A stretch of 64,000 bases of DNA from Bryobacterales bacterium. GTDB taxonomy: Bacteria; Acidobacteriota; Terriglobia; Bryobacterales; Bryobacteraceae. Positions within the stretch are counted from its first letter, which is position 1, and each line of letters starts with the position of its first letter. Under the pieces are notes generated by a model that did no database searches, was not told the DNA's origin, and was given only the letters and a program-made list of their open reading frames with translations. The position numbers and the translations under genes were made by a program. Positions 8,658 to 18,120 of this stretch are shown here, piece by piece. The DNA lies in NCBI GenBank assembly GCA_963696305.1, contig CAVOJX010000015.1, positions 44,505-108,504 of the forward strand. The letters run 5' to 3'.

Positions 8658-9508
8658 CAACTAGCGTGAAGGTGGAAGAAACCAACTTGGCGAGGCTTGC
8701 CGCGAAAGTGGACGCGGCTGATGCGGAAGTACGCACCTTAGACGCACCATCGCAAGCTAAAGCATTAGCGCTCAAGACCGCCATCGAAGAGTTCCACAAA
8801 GAAGGATTGATCCGCATCGTTCGCGCCCTCAAAGAAGATCCGCGCGGCAAAGAAATTCTCTTCACGTTGGTGGATGTTCCGGAAGTCTACGCTTTGCTTT
8901 CCATGCATGGCTTAGTCCGTGCGGACTTGCGAACACGAGTGTCGCGCGTCATTGATATGGTTCGCCCGTACATGCAGTCGCATGGCGGTGATGTTGAACT
9001 GGTCGACGTCACTCCAACCACTGTCTTTGTGCGCCTATCGGGAGCTTGCCACGGTTGCTCCATGTCCGCCCAGACCTTGCGTAACAGCGTAGAAGAAGCC
9101 ATTCGTGAGCACATCACGGAGCCCCTGAAGGTGGAACAGCTTACCAACGAGCCTACAACTGCCTTTATACCGCTCGGCATGTTAGCGAACAATGCTGCCG
9201 GTTGGCATCCAGGGCCCATGGCGGCGGATCTGAAGGACGGTAAGCCGGTAAGTATTAACGTTGACAAAATCTCCATTCTGCTCCTCCGAACGGAAGATAA
9301 AATCCAAGCCTTCCGAAACTCCTGCGCGCATATGGGCCTACCCTTGGATGGTGGCATGGTCGATTGCGAAGCGCACGCCATTACTTGTCCCTGGCACGGC
9401 TTTCGCTTTGACACAGTTAGCGGAGAGTGTTTGAACGCACCGGGTGCCCAGCTCGAGCCGTTTCCCGTAAGAATTGAAGAAGGCTGCATCTACGTGCGGC
9501 CCAACTGA
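8654..9508 (+). CDS. NifU-like / Rieske [2Fe-2S] fusion protein (HucE/HhyE-like putative hydrogenase electron-transfer protein)
   Basis: Central NifU C-terminal-type motif GACHGCSMS. C-terminal Rieske ligands CAHMG ... CPWHG. Confidence 0.85.
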   Translation: MTTSVKVEETNLARLAAKVDAADAEVRTLDAPSQAKALALKTAIEEFHKEGLIRIVRALKEDPRGKEILFTLVDVPEVYALLSMHGLVRADLRTRVSRVIDMVRPYMQSHGGDVELVDVTPTTVFVRLSGACHGCSMSAQTLRNSVEEAIREHITEPLKVEQLTNEPTTAFIPLGMLANNAAGWHPGPMAADLKDGKPVSINVDKISILLLRTEDKIQAFRNSCAHMGLPLDGGMVDCEAHAITCPWHGFRFDTVSGECLNAPGAQLEPFPVRIEEGCIYVRPN

Positions 9509-9517
9509 GGCTGATCC

Positions 9518-10666
9518 ATGCCTGTGAACCCTCAAGCACAAGTCTGGGTTGGCGCTCCATCCAAGGGCGGTTTGGCATTGCCGGATGCTCATCCAACTGA
9601 TGCCACCTTATACGGTCCGCGCGGCGTGTATTTGGACGATCAATACCTAATCGTTGCGGATACAGGCAACCACAGGGTGCTGATCTGGCATACCGCACCG
9701 AAATCGGACCATTCCAAAGCGGATATCGTGCTTGGTCAGCGGGATTTCGAAACCGAAGGGCCAAACGCGCGCGGTGCTGGTCCTCAAAACGGCTTGAACA
9801 TGCCCACAGGTGTGTCCGTTGTTGGCGGCAATCTAGTCGTTGCCGATGCCTGGAACCATCGTCTGCTTGTTTGGGAGGGCGTCCCGCAAAGCTCATTCAT
9901 GCCTCCCTCTGCCGTCATTGGTCAAGCTGATTTCGCTAGTGTGAATTGCAACCGTGGCCGTGATCGGGGTGGCACAACTTTCAACTGGCCCTTCGGATTT
10001 CTCATCTCCCGCGACAGGTGGTTAATCATGGATACCGGGAATCGCCGCGTCCTGGGCTGGCATATTTCGCCTCTCGATGGACGCCCAGCCGACTTCGTCT
10101 TCGGCCAGCCAGACCTTGTCAGCGGTGACGAAAATCGAGGTGCGTCGGCTTCTGCCTCCAGTTTTCGTTGGCCCCACGCCGCGGCCGAATTCGACGAAAT
10201 CTTATGGATTGCTGATGCCGGCAACCATCGGCTATTGGGCTGGCCGCTCAATGCCTCTTACGATTCGCCAGCCGCTCGAGTGCTGGGACAGCATGACTTT
10301 GTCTCCAATCAGGAATTCGTCATGGCGCGCCAAAGCGCGGAAACAATGCGCTTTCCCTACGGCATCGCCTCGGCTAATGGTTGGATGGCAGTTGCAGATA
10401 CGGCGAACAACAGAGTGCTCGGCTGGAGCTCGAGCAGTCAAACGCTTGCGGCCGATTGGGTATTGGGTCAACCCGATTTTCACTCCAACGGAGAGAACCA
10501 TTGGAAAGCCGTTACGCACCAAACCTTCTGCTGGCCATACGGCTTGTGCGCCCATCGCAACCTACTGGCCGTTGCGGATTCTGGAAATAACCGCGTCATG
10601 ATATGGAATGTACCCACTTTGGGTGACAAAACGGAAAACGAAAAGGAAACCGCGCTATGTGTTTAG
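9518..10666 (+). CDS. NHL-repeat six-bladed beta-propeller protein
   Basis: Six spaced repeats of the form (A/M)D(T/A/S)GN(H/R/N)R(V/L)(L/M).W: ADTGNHRVLIW, ADAWNHRLLVW, MDTGNRRVLGW, ADAGNHRLLGW, ADTANNRVLGW, ADSGNNRVMIW. Confidence 0.85.
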   Translation: MPVNPQAQVWVGAPSKGGLALPDAHPTDATLYGPRGVYLDDQYLIVADTGNHRVLIWHTAPKSDHSKADIVLGQRDFETEGPNARGAGPQNGLNMPTGVSVVGGNLVVADAWNHRLLVWEGVPQSSFMPPSAVIGQADFASVNCNRGRDRGGTTFNWPFGFLISRDRWLIMDTGNRRVLGWHISPLDGRPADFVFGQPDLVSGDENRGASASASSFRWPHAAAEFDEILWIADAGNHRLLGWPLNASYDSPAARVLGQHDFVSNQEFVMARQSAETMRFPYGIASANGWMAVADTANNRVLGWSSSSQTLAADWVLGQPDFHSNGENHWKAVTHQTFCWPYGLCAHRNLLAVADSGNNRVMIWNVPTLGDKTENEKETALCV

Positions 10667-10938
10667 CAATACCGGGCCGAGTCGAATCTATATTTGAGGC
10701 CAACGGCGCGCGCATGGGGCAAGTCGATTTCGGCGGCGTTCGAAAAGAAGTTTGCCTGGCCTACGTGCCTGAACTCCAAGTGGGTGACTACACCATTGTG
10801 CATGTTGGCTTTGCGTTATCGAAGATCGATGAAGCTGCCGCCCGGCAAACACTAAAAGTATTTGCCGAAATGGGTTTACTGGACGACGAATTGGCCCAAA
10901 TGAAAGAAACGGAAACAACCAATGCGGTACTTGAATGA
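10657..10938 (+). CDS. hypC: Hydrogenase assembly chaperone HypC/HupF
   Basis: Diagnostic N-terminus MCLAIPGRV, about 90 aa, overlaps its neighbours on both sides. Confidence 0.9.
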   Translation: MCLAIPGRVESIFEANGARMGQVDFGGVRKEVCLAYVPELQVGDYTIVHVGFALSKIDEAAARQTLKVFAEMGLLDDELAQMKETETTNAVLE

Positions 10939-12034
10939 GTTTCGTGACGGTCCGACTGCGCAGCGCATTGCCGCTGAGATCCACTCCATAACTCACGGCC
11001 AATGGGCGCTGATGGAGGTTTGCGGAGGCCAGACGCACTCCATTATTCGCAATGGCATTGACCAAATGCTGCCGCCTAACATCGAATTAATTCATGGCCC
11101 TGGCTGTCCGGTCTGTGTCACTCCGCTGGAAGTCATTGACCGCGCGCTAGCCATCGCAGCCCAACCCGGAGTCATCTTCTGCTCATTCGGAGATATGCTG
11201 CGCGTTCCTGGCTCGCACGAAGATCTGTTTCAAGTAAAGAGCCGTGGCGGAGATGTTCGCGTGGTTTACTCTCCACTTGACGCCGTAAGATTAGCCGCCA
11301 AGCATCCTGAGAAGCAGGTCGTCTTCTTCGCCATCGGCTTTGAAACTACTGCGCCCGCCAACGCCATGGCCGTCCTCCAAGCCCGCCAAATCGGCCTTGA
11401 GAATTTCTCCGTTCTGGTTTCTCATGTATTGGTTCCGCCCGCCATCGAAGCCATCATGCAAAGCCCGAATTGTCGCGTCCAAGCGTTCCTCGCCGCTGGG
11501 CATGTTTGTAGCGTCATGGGTTACAACCAATACTTCCCATTAGCCGCCCAATACAAGGTGCCCATCGTCGTCACAGGCTTCGAACCGCTCGACATCTTAG
11601 AAGGCATCCGCCGCGCTGTACTGCAATTGGAAAAGCGCGAAGCGAAAGTGGACAATGCCTATGAGCGCATTGTCTCCGAAGCTGGCAATACTGTCGCTCG
11701 AGGTATCTTGAACCAGGTGTTCGTTGTTTGCGATCGTGCTTGGCGTGGCATTGGCGAAATTCCAAAGTCCGGCTGGAAACTAGCTCCCGAATTTGAATCC
11801 TTCGATGCGGAAAAGCGCTTCGATGTTTCCGGCATAACCGCCCAGGAATCGCCACTGTGCAAGAGCGGCTTAGTTTTGCAAGGCAAACTCAAACCGAATC
11901 AATGTCCGGCCTTCGGCAAAGAATGCACGCCGCGCAAACCTCTCGGAGCAACCATGGTTTCCTCAGAAGGTGCCTGCGCCGCCTACTATAACAACGGTCG
12001 CTTCCTGCCCGTTGAAGACTTGATCAATGCCTGA
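10922..12034 (+). CDS. hypD: Hydrogenase maturation protein HypD
   Basis: [10 protein letters not shown]-terminus, [18 protein letters not shown] and FxTT motifs. Confidence 0.95.
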   Translation: MRYLNEFRDGPTAQRIAAEIHSITHGQWALMEVCGGQTHSIIRNGIDQMLPPNIELIHGPGCPVCVTPLEVIDRALAIAAQPGVIFCSFGDMLRVPGSHEDLFQVKSRGGDVRVVYSPLDAVRLAAKHPEKQVVFFAIGFETTAPANAMAVLQARQIGLENFSVLVSHVLVPPAIEAIMQSPNCRVQAFLAAGHVCSVMGYNQYFPLAAQYKVPIVVTGFEPLDILEGIRRAVLQLEKREAKVDNAYERIVSEAGNTVARGILNQVFVVCDRAWRGIGEIPKSGWKLAPEFESFDAEKRFDVSGITAQESPLCKSGLVLQGKLKPNQCPAFGKECTPRKPLGATMVSSEGACAAYYNNGRFLPVEDLINA

Positions 12035-13085
12035 CGCTCCCGATTTTTCCAACTGGACTTGCCCGCTGCCCTTGCGCGACTATCCCAACATCGTTATGGC
12101 GCACGGTGGTGGTGGCAAGCTCACCCAGGAACTCATCGAAAACCTGTTCCTTCCTGCATTTTCCTCGCCGGAATTATCGCCCATGTCAGATGCGGCTGTG
12201 TTGACCGTCGCGCCAGGTAGGCTTGCATTTTCCACCGACACTTACGTAGTGCGGCCGCTATTTTTTCCGGGCTCATCCATCGGCGACTTAGCCATTAATG
12301 GCACCGTTAACGATCTCGCTATGCAGGGCGCAAAACCGCTTTATCTCAGCGCCGGCTTCATCCTGGAAGAAGGTCTGGCAATAAATGTGCTAGCCCAAAT
12401 TGTGCAGCGTATGGGGGAAGCCGCCCGCGCCGCCGGAGTGCGCATTGTTACCGGCGATACGAAAGTCGTCGAGCGCGGCTCGGCCGACCAGATTTTTATC
12501 AATACCGCCGGTGTCGGCCTCATTCCTGATGCGGTCGATCTAGGCCCGCACAGAATCCGACCGGGTGACAAGGTTCTGCTGTCCGGCACCATCGGCGACC
12601 ACGGCTTGGCTATCATGAGTGTCCGCGAAGGCTTGGAATTCGAATCCCCAATTTGCAGCGATTGCGCTCCGCTCCACAATCTAGCAGCTGCATTGCTGGA
12701 ACATCCGCCCGACATTCGGATGCTGCGAGACGCCACCAGAGGCGGGATTGCGGCCGTCCTAAATGAAATGGCTCAGACCAGCAAACTCGGCATCGCATTG
12801 AACGAATCTGCCATCCCGATAAAGCACGAAGTACAGTCCGCCTGTGACTTGCTTGGTCTTGATCCGTTTTACGTTGCCAACGAAGGAAAATTCATCGCGA
12901 TCGTTGCCGCCGATCAAGCCGAAACTTTGACCGCCAAACTCCGAAGCTTACTCTTCGGCTCCAATGCCTGCATCATCGGCGAAGTTCAAACGTCGCAGCC
13001 TGGCATGGTCAGTCTGCGCACTCGTATGGGAACCCGCCGCATTGTGCCAATGCCATTAGGCGAACAATTGCCGCGTATCTGCTGA
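12027..13085 (+). CDS. hypE: Hydrogenase maturation carbamoyl dehydratase HypE
   Basis: AIR-synthase-like fold motifs ([16 protein letters not shown]) and the diagnostic C-terminal PRIC. Confidence 0.95.
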   Translation: MPDAPDFSNWTCPLPLRDYPNIVMAHGGGGKLTQELIENLFLPAFSSPELSPMSDAAVLTVAPGRLAFSTDTYVVRPLFFPGSSIGDLAINGTVNDLAMQGAKPLYLSAGFILEEGLAINVLAQIVQRMGEAARAAGVRIVTGDTKVVERGSADQIFINTAGVGLIPDAVDLGPHRIRPGDKVLLSGTIGDHGLAIMSVREGLEFESPICSDCAPLHNLAAALLEHPPDIRMLRDATRGGIAAVLNEMAQTSKLGIALNESAIPIKHEVQSACDLLGLDPFYVANEGKFIAIVAADQAETLTAKLRSLLFGSNACIIGEVQTSQPGMVSLRTRMGTRRIVPMPLGEQLPRIC

Positions 13086-13967
13086 CAGCTTCAATCGATT
13101 TTCCGGCACGCCTTGCACCTGCGTCTCCATCTTGAACAGACTGCCCGAGAGCCGCTCGCTGGATGCCGCCGTCGTCACATACAGCACGTTCAAATCGTCC
13201 CCGCCGAACGTACAGTTCGTGATGTTCTTAACCGGCATTTCAATAGTCTGATCCACTTTGCCGTTAGCTGAAACACGCACAATACAACCACCGCCATAGC
13301 GGCAATTCCACAGATAGCCATCTTTGTCAATCGCAGACCCATCCGGCAGTCCGCGCGGAAAATCGTCAAAATGATTGCCTAGTTTCCGAACTTCTCCACT
13401 TGCCGAGTCGTAGCTGTAACGCCAAATTACATTTGCTGGCGAATCACCAAAGTAAAAATACTTCGCGTCAGGACTCCAACAGACCGTATTGGAAATACCA
13501 ATCTCTCGATCTAACTCCGCCACGCTTCCGCCATGTTCTACGCGATATAAAACTCCGTCTCGCCCACCTTCCTCACCCGGGCTTCCATCTGGATTCACGT
13601 TGTTCCGCATCGATCCGGCAAACAATCGACCGGCAGGATCAATACCAGCATCATTCAAACGAGTTTTCGGCCAATCTGGCAGTCCAAAACCCATCGGGCT
13701 TCTATAATCCGTCTTGGGTTTCCAAAGAATCACCTTTGATCCCAGACAAACACACAGCAACTCATCCGCATCCGTCAGCAGCACGGAAGTAACAGGCTCT
13801 TCAAAGAACCAGGAACGCACCGCTTCGTCCTTGGTGTCGTAGCGGTGAATCAGAAATCGATTGATATCTGTCCAATAAATCGCTTTTTCGGCCGCAACCC
13901 ATAGAACGCCTTCACCACAGCGATCTCCAACTGGTGCGCAACAAATTGGTGGTCCAGTTAGCATCAA
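13056..13967 (-). CDS. SMP-30/gluconolactonase/LRE-family protein
   Basis: GEGVLW...IYWTDI N-terminal motif and beta-propeller-like repeats. Converges on hypE with a 30-nt overlap. Confidence 0.8.
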   Translation of the reverse strand: MMLTGPPICCAPVGDRCGEGVLWVAAEKAIYWTDINRFLIHRYDTKDEAVRSWFFEEPVTSVLLTDADELLCVCLGSKVILWKPKTDYRSPMGFGLPDWPKTRLNDAGIDPAGRLFAGSMRNNVNPDGSPGEEGGRDGVLYRVEHGGSVAELDREIGISNTVCWSPDAKYFYFGDSPANVIWRYSYDSASGEVRKLGNHFDDFPRGLPDGSAIDKDGYLWNCRYGGGCIVRVSANGKVDQTIEMPVKNITNCTFGGDDLNVLYVTTAASSERLSGSLFKMETQVQGVPENRLKLSADTRQLFA

Positions 13968-14878
13968 ATCTGAAAATCCAAAACGTAACCTTCCTGCGAA
14001 CTCTTGGAAATAACCTTCACATTATTAGCTTCTAGCAGCACCAAAGAATTCGGCGGAACACTTTGCGTGACAAACACGCTGGCGCCAATCGTACTTCCGG
14101 CGCCGATCACTGTGTCTCCGCCCATAATGGTCGATCCCGCATAAAGCGTCACCCGATCCTGAATGGTGGGATGCCGCTTGTGACCGCGCAACGCCTGCCC
14201 AGCCGCAAGCGACCGCGCCACCAACCCTACGCCTTGATACATCTTTACGTGGTTGCCAATATCTGCCGTCTCACCCACAACCGTCCCGGTGCCGTGATCA
14301 ACAAAAAAATGCGTTCCAATCTTTGCGCCTGGATGAAAATCCATCCCCGTGCGCGAATGCGCCCACTCCGTCATAATGCGCGGAATCAAAGGTACATGCG
14401 CCAAATACAATTCGTGCGCCAACCGCTGTACCGCAACAGCCTCCATAAACGGGTAGGCGACAATCACTTCTTCCTTGCTCAACGCCGCCGGGTCGCCGTT
14501 ATATGCCGCCTCGCTATCGGTCTCCAATAACTCTCGAACGCGTGCCAGATTTCCTAAAAACTTTGTCGTCAGCTCTTTCGCTAGTTCAGGCACATGCGCG
14601 TCAATCGTGCCAACCGTAGGCGCGTATTCCAAACTCTTTCGTATTTCATTCTCAAGTCGCGGCTGCACGCTTTCCAGCAGTGAACTGGTCACCGCTCGGA
14701 TTTCCGACGAATGAATCAGTGCCTCATCGAAGAATCCAGGAAACAATAGTCGCAGCAAATCAAGCGTAATGCCTGCAATCACATGTTTAGAAGGCAAATT
14801 CTTGCCATCCACGTGATTGATTCCGCCCTTGCGCGCGTAAGAAGCTAATAACTGCTCAGTGATCTGGGCTGTAGTCAA
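13964..14878 (-). CDS. cysE: Serine O-acetyltransferase (long form)
   Basis: Left-handed beta-helix hexapeptide repeats (GAKIGTHFFVDHGTGTVVGETADIGNHVKMYQGVGL; HPTIQDRVTLYAGSTIMGGDTVIGAGSTIGASVFV). TTG start. 4-nt overlap with the downstream gene. Confidence 0.8.
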   Translation of the reverse strand: MTTAQITEQLLASYARKGGINHVDGKNLPSKHVIAGITLDLLRLLFPGFFDEALIHSSEIRAVTSSLLESVQPRLENEIRKSLEYAPTVGTIDAHVPELAKELTTKFLGNLARVRELLETDSEAAYNGDPAALSKEEVIVAYPFMEAVAVQRLAHELYLAHVPLIPRIMTEWAHSRTGMDFHPGAKIGTHFFVDHGTGTVVGETADIGNHVKMYQGVGLVARSLAAGQALRGHKRHPTIQDRVTLYAGSTIMGGDTVIGAGSTIGASVFVTQSVPPNSLVLLEANNVKVISKSSQEGYVLDFQI

Positions 14879-14893
14879 ACTAGAATTGTACTA

Positions 14894-16006
14894 ATGATTG
14901 CAACCGCCGCTGATTGGATACAGCTTCGCGCCGAATTTCCGTCGCTCCAGCAATTCGCCTACCTGGACACCGCAAGCTTTGGACAAGTTCCACGCGTTGC
15001 CACCGAAGCGGTGATCAATCATTTCAAGCATCGCGATCTAACGGCCAGCTCGAAATTTCTAACTTGGTTTGACGACATGGATGCCGTCCGCCACGGTTGC
15101 GCACAACTGGTGAACGCGCACGCTGATGACATCGCTTTCATACCCACCGCCTCCACGGCCCTGTCCTATCTCATGCAAGGCTTGAAATGGGAAGCTGGCG
15201 ACGAAGTGATAACGCTCGAAGGCGAATTTCCCAATCAACTCTATCAAGGCGCAGCCGTTGAAAAGTTCGGAGTTAACTTTCGCGCGGTTCCCTGGCCAGG
15301 CTTTTATTCATCCATCGGTCTCAGCACCCGTGTTGTTCTGCTAAGCACCGTCAATTATGCCACTGGTCACCAACCTCCTATCCTGGAGATCAGCCGGTTT
15401 CTGCGCGAACGCGGCATACTTCTATACCTGGATGGCACCCAAAGTATCGGCGCGCTCCAATTCGACGTGCAGGCCGTCAAACCCGCCATGCTGGCCGTCG
15501 ATGCTTACAAGTGGATGCTCTCGCCAAACGGAGCCGGCTTTGTCTACATCGACCCCAACCTGCGCCAAGTATTAAATCCAACCGTCATCGGCTGGCGTAG
15601 CGACTCCGGTTGGCGGCAAGTGGGCTCCTTGAATCACGGTCTGCCTATATTTGCTCACTCGGCGGAAAAGTTCGAAGGCGGCATGCTTCCGTTTCCGTCA
15701 CTCTACGGCATGGGCGCGGTAATTGAAATGTTGCTCACCATCGGTATGCCCGCAATCGAAACCCGCGTGCTGGAATTGGCATCAAACACGCGTCGTATGT
15801 TGACCGAACTGGGCGCTGAAGTGAACGCAGATACTTCGCAAATCGTAACCGCACGTCTTCCCAATCGCGATGCCGCCAAAGTCGCGCAGGATCTGAACGC
15901 CCATCGCATTCTAGTTTCCGCCAGACATGGCCGCCTGCGCGTCTCGTCGCATTTTTACAATAATGAAAGTGACATAGAGTGTTTGCGTGCAGCGCTCTTA
16001 GGGTAA
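14894..16006 (+). CDS. Class-V aminotransferase (cysteine desulfurase / selenocysteine lyase-like)
   Basis: Fold-type I layout with the PLP-lysine context DAYKWMLSPNGAGFVY. Diverges from cysE across only 15 nt. Confidence 0.8.
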   Translation: MIATAADWIQLRAEFPSLQQFAYLDTASFGQVPRVATEAVINHFKHRDLTASSKFLTWFDDMDAVRHGCAQLVNAHADDIAFIPTASTALSYLMQGLKWEAGDEVITLEGEFPNQLYQGAAVEKFGVNFRAVPWPGFYSSIGLSTRVVLLSTVNYATGHQPPILEISRFLRERGILLYLDGTQSIGALQFDVQAVKPAMLAVDAYKWMLSPNGAGFVYIDPNLRQVLNPTVIGWRSDSGWRQVGSLNHGLPIFAHSAEKFEGGMLPFPSLYGMGAVIEMLLTIGMPAIETRVLELASNTRRMLTELGAEVNADTSQIVTARLPNRDAAKVAQDLNAHRILVSARHGRLRVSSHFYNNESDIECLRAALLG

Positions 16007-16009
16007 GTT

Positions 16010-16183
16010 ATGCAGCTACTGCCAGACATCGGCGACCTTCTTTTATTGATCGCACTTTTGTTTGGTGCGTTAATCGCAGTCTTTGAAACACTTGCCCGTC
16101 GCCAGGAACATCGCGATCGTACGCTGTTGCTTGATGATATTGCCCGCGAATACGCCGACTATCACCGCCTCGGCTACTTCTAA
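16010..16183 (+). CDS. Possible small single-pass membrane protein (57 aa), below the ORF-track length cutoff
   Basis: Read by hand: ATG 16010, MQLLPDIGDLLLLIALLFGALIAVFETLARRQEHRDRTLLLDDIAREYADYHRLGYF, stop 16181-16183. It exactly fills the gap between two converging genes. Confidence 0.35.
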   Translation: MQLLPDIGDLLLLIALLFGALIAVFETLARRQEHRDRTLLLDDIAREYADYHRLGYF

Positions 16184-16185
16184 AC

Positions 16186-17172
16186 CTATTGCTGTTGTTG
16201 CTGCTGCATAATAGCTGATCGCAGCGCTGGCGACGTGTCGTCAGCTTTTCCCGCCATGACAAGTCCCTTTTCTTCCGCCGGATACCCAGGTTCTGGGGGA
16301 AGCATCTTGTCCGAAATCGAGACCCGTACCCGAACCTTTAGTTCAGAAACTGCGGATCCACTGCCTACCATCGTTCCCTTCGTCGGCGGAACATCCGCAT
16401 AGTCGCGTCCAATCGCGGTTCTAATGTGGCGCGATGCCGCCACTACGTTATTCGTCGGATCGAAACCTACCCATCCCAAACCAGGCAGGAAGGCTTCTAC
16501 CCAGGCATGCGACGCGCTTTCCACCGAACGGTCCTTGTGCTTCGGATCCCTGTAAATATAACCGCTCACGTAACGCGAAGGAATGTGCAGATTCCTCAAC
16601 ATCGTGATCATGATGTGTGCAAAATCCTGACAAACCCCGCGCTTCGCTTTCAATGCCACATCAATAGGAGAATCAACCGTGGTGCTCTCCTTTGCATATT
16701 CAAACGTGTCGTAAAGCTGCTTGCTCAGTTCTCGGATTAACGTTAATGGATCACGCTCGTCGCGCTTGCTGACGCCCAGTGTTGTCGCCAACTCCTGCAG
16801 TTCAGCCGAAGGTTGCGCAAATTGGCTCGGCATCAGCATGTCCCAATAATCGTCGCGAGCGACAATCGCATCCAATTCCCGCCATGCGTCCGCGCCAAGA
16901 TGCGACGGAAGCCCGGGATGCGGCCCGACATCCACTAATGCATCCGCCACAATCGTCAAATCGTTATGCGGTTGCGGCATGTCGAAGTGGTAAATCGTGT
17001 TGCCCAAGTGGTCCATATAGGAAAACAGCCGCGCCTTTGGGACCACCGTCAGTTCAAATGCAAAACACCGCTGGTTATTCTCGCTTCTCGGATGCATTCG
17101 CACTTCCATCGTGCTCTGCGAAACCGGTTTGCTGTAGCGATATCGATTGAAATGCCGAATTGAATAAACCAT
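16186..17172 (-). CDS. Transglutaminase-like cysteine protease family protein (Bact_transglu_N + core)
   Basis: Catalytic context GVCQDFAHIM ... HAWVEAF ... GFDPTN. C-terminus ends in QQQQQQ. Confidence 0.85.
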   Translation of the reverse strand: MVYSIRHFNRYRYSKPVSQSTMEVRMHPRSENNQRCFAFELTVVPKARLFSYMDHLGNTIYHFDMPQPHNDLTIVADALVDVGPHPGLPSHLGADAWRELDAIVARDDYWDMLMPSQFAQPSAELQELATTLGVSKRDERDPLTLIRELSKQLYDTFEYAKESTTVDSPIDVALKAKRGVCQDFAHIMITMLRNLHIPSRYVSGYIYRDPKHKDRSVESASHAWVEAFLPGLGWVGFDPTNNVVAASRHIRTAIGRDYADVPPTKGTMVGSGSAVSELKVRVRVSISDKMLPPEPGYPAEEKGLVMAGKADDTSPALRSAIMQQQQQQ

Positions 17173-18113
17173 TACGCCTCAAATGCGGTTTCTACTGGAT
17201 AATCGATATAGGCTTCATGCACTGCCTCGTGCAATGTCTCACATTGCTGCACAATGTCCGCCAGAGTTTTTGCGAAATCGCGGTTCATCAAATCCTCAAT
17301 CTGCGCATACGCCAGCGACGAGCACAGTTTTCCCACTATCCGCTCCACACGCTGAAACTTCGCATCGCTAGCTGGCCGCGAAATGGCCCGCAGAGCATTT
17401 TGCATCTGTTCTGCCGAATAACGAACTGTATGCGGAAATACCGAATTCAACAAAAGAAATTCCGCCACATGGTCCGGCCGCATGTCCGCCGTATAAACTT
17501 TGCAATAAGCCTCGAACGCGGAGCAACTGGATAGCACGCCCACCCAATCTAAATCGTCCATCGTGTCGGCGCTCGAAAATACCGCATCCAGAAAAGAGGG
17601 CAGGGCACACGCACGCTCAATATACTTGCCCAATTGAATGAAGTGCCACGCCTCCCCATGGCTGATCGTTGCCGCAGTCACTCCGTGGAATCGATAAGCG
17701 CCCTCGCGCATCGTTGTGAAAATAGGTTGCACGCCGAATTCAGACGAATGCCGAAATTGCCCCGCCATCTGCGTAATCTCGTGGTAAAGCTGGTTCAATC
17801 GTTCCCACATTTCCGAACTGATTTGTTCGCGTACCTGGCTCGCGTTCTCTCGTGCGCCCGTAATGCAAGACACAATCGAAGATTGGTTTCCCAGGTCCGT
17901 CAGCAATTCCAACATCGCAGCCTGTGGCTCCAACGCGTTTGAATCCGGACCCAATCCCAGGTTTTCCGTAATGCGATGCCACCGCTCTTCCATCGCCGTT
18001 TTGGAAGGGTTCAACATCAGATTGTGATTCGCTTCCAGCACACGCGCGCTGTGGTCCGCGCGCTCGAAATAGCGGCTCATCCAATACAGGCTGTCGGCAA
18101 CTCGAGACAACAT
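17172..18113 (-). CDS. Alpha-E domain protein (DUF403)
   Basis: N-terminus MLSRVADSLYWMSRYFERADHSARVL is typical of the alpha-E family. 1-nt overlap with the transglutaminase gene. Confidence 0.85.
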   Translation of the reverse strand: MLSRVADSLYWMSRYFERADHSARVLEANHNLMLNPSKTAMEERWHRITENLGLGPDSNALEPQAAMLELLTDLGNQSSIVSCITGARENASQVREQISSEMWERLNQLYHEITQMAGQFRHSSEFGVQPIFTTMREGAYRFHGVTAATISHGEAWHFIQLGKYIERACALPSFLDAVFSSADTMDDLDWVGVLSSCSAFEAYCKVYTADMRPDHVAEFLLLNSVFPHTVRYSAEQMQNALRAISRPASDAKFQRVERIVGKLCSSLAYAQIEDLMNRDFAKTLADIVQQCETLHEAVHEAYIDYPVETAFEA

Positions 18114-18120
18114 AACTCTC

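Noticed and set aside
16189-16206. CAA/CAG trinucleotide run as a phase-variation tract
   Set aside because: There are only six codons, at the extreme 3' end of the gene. In-frame slippage would merely change the tail length. It is noted under the triad finding instead.
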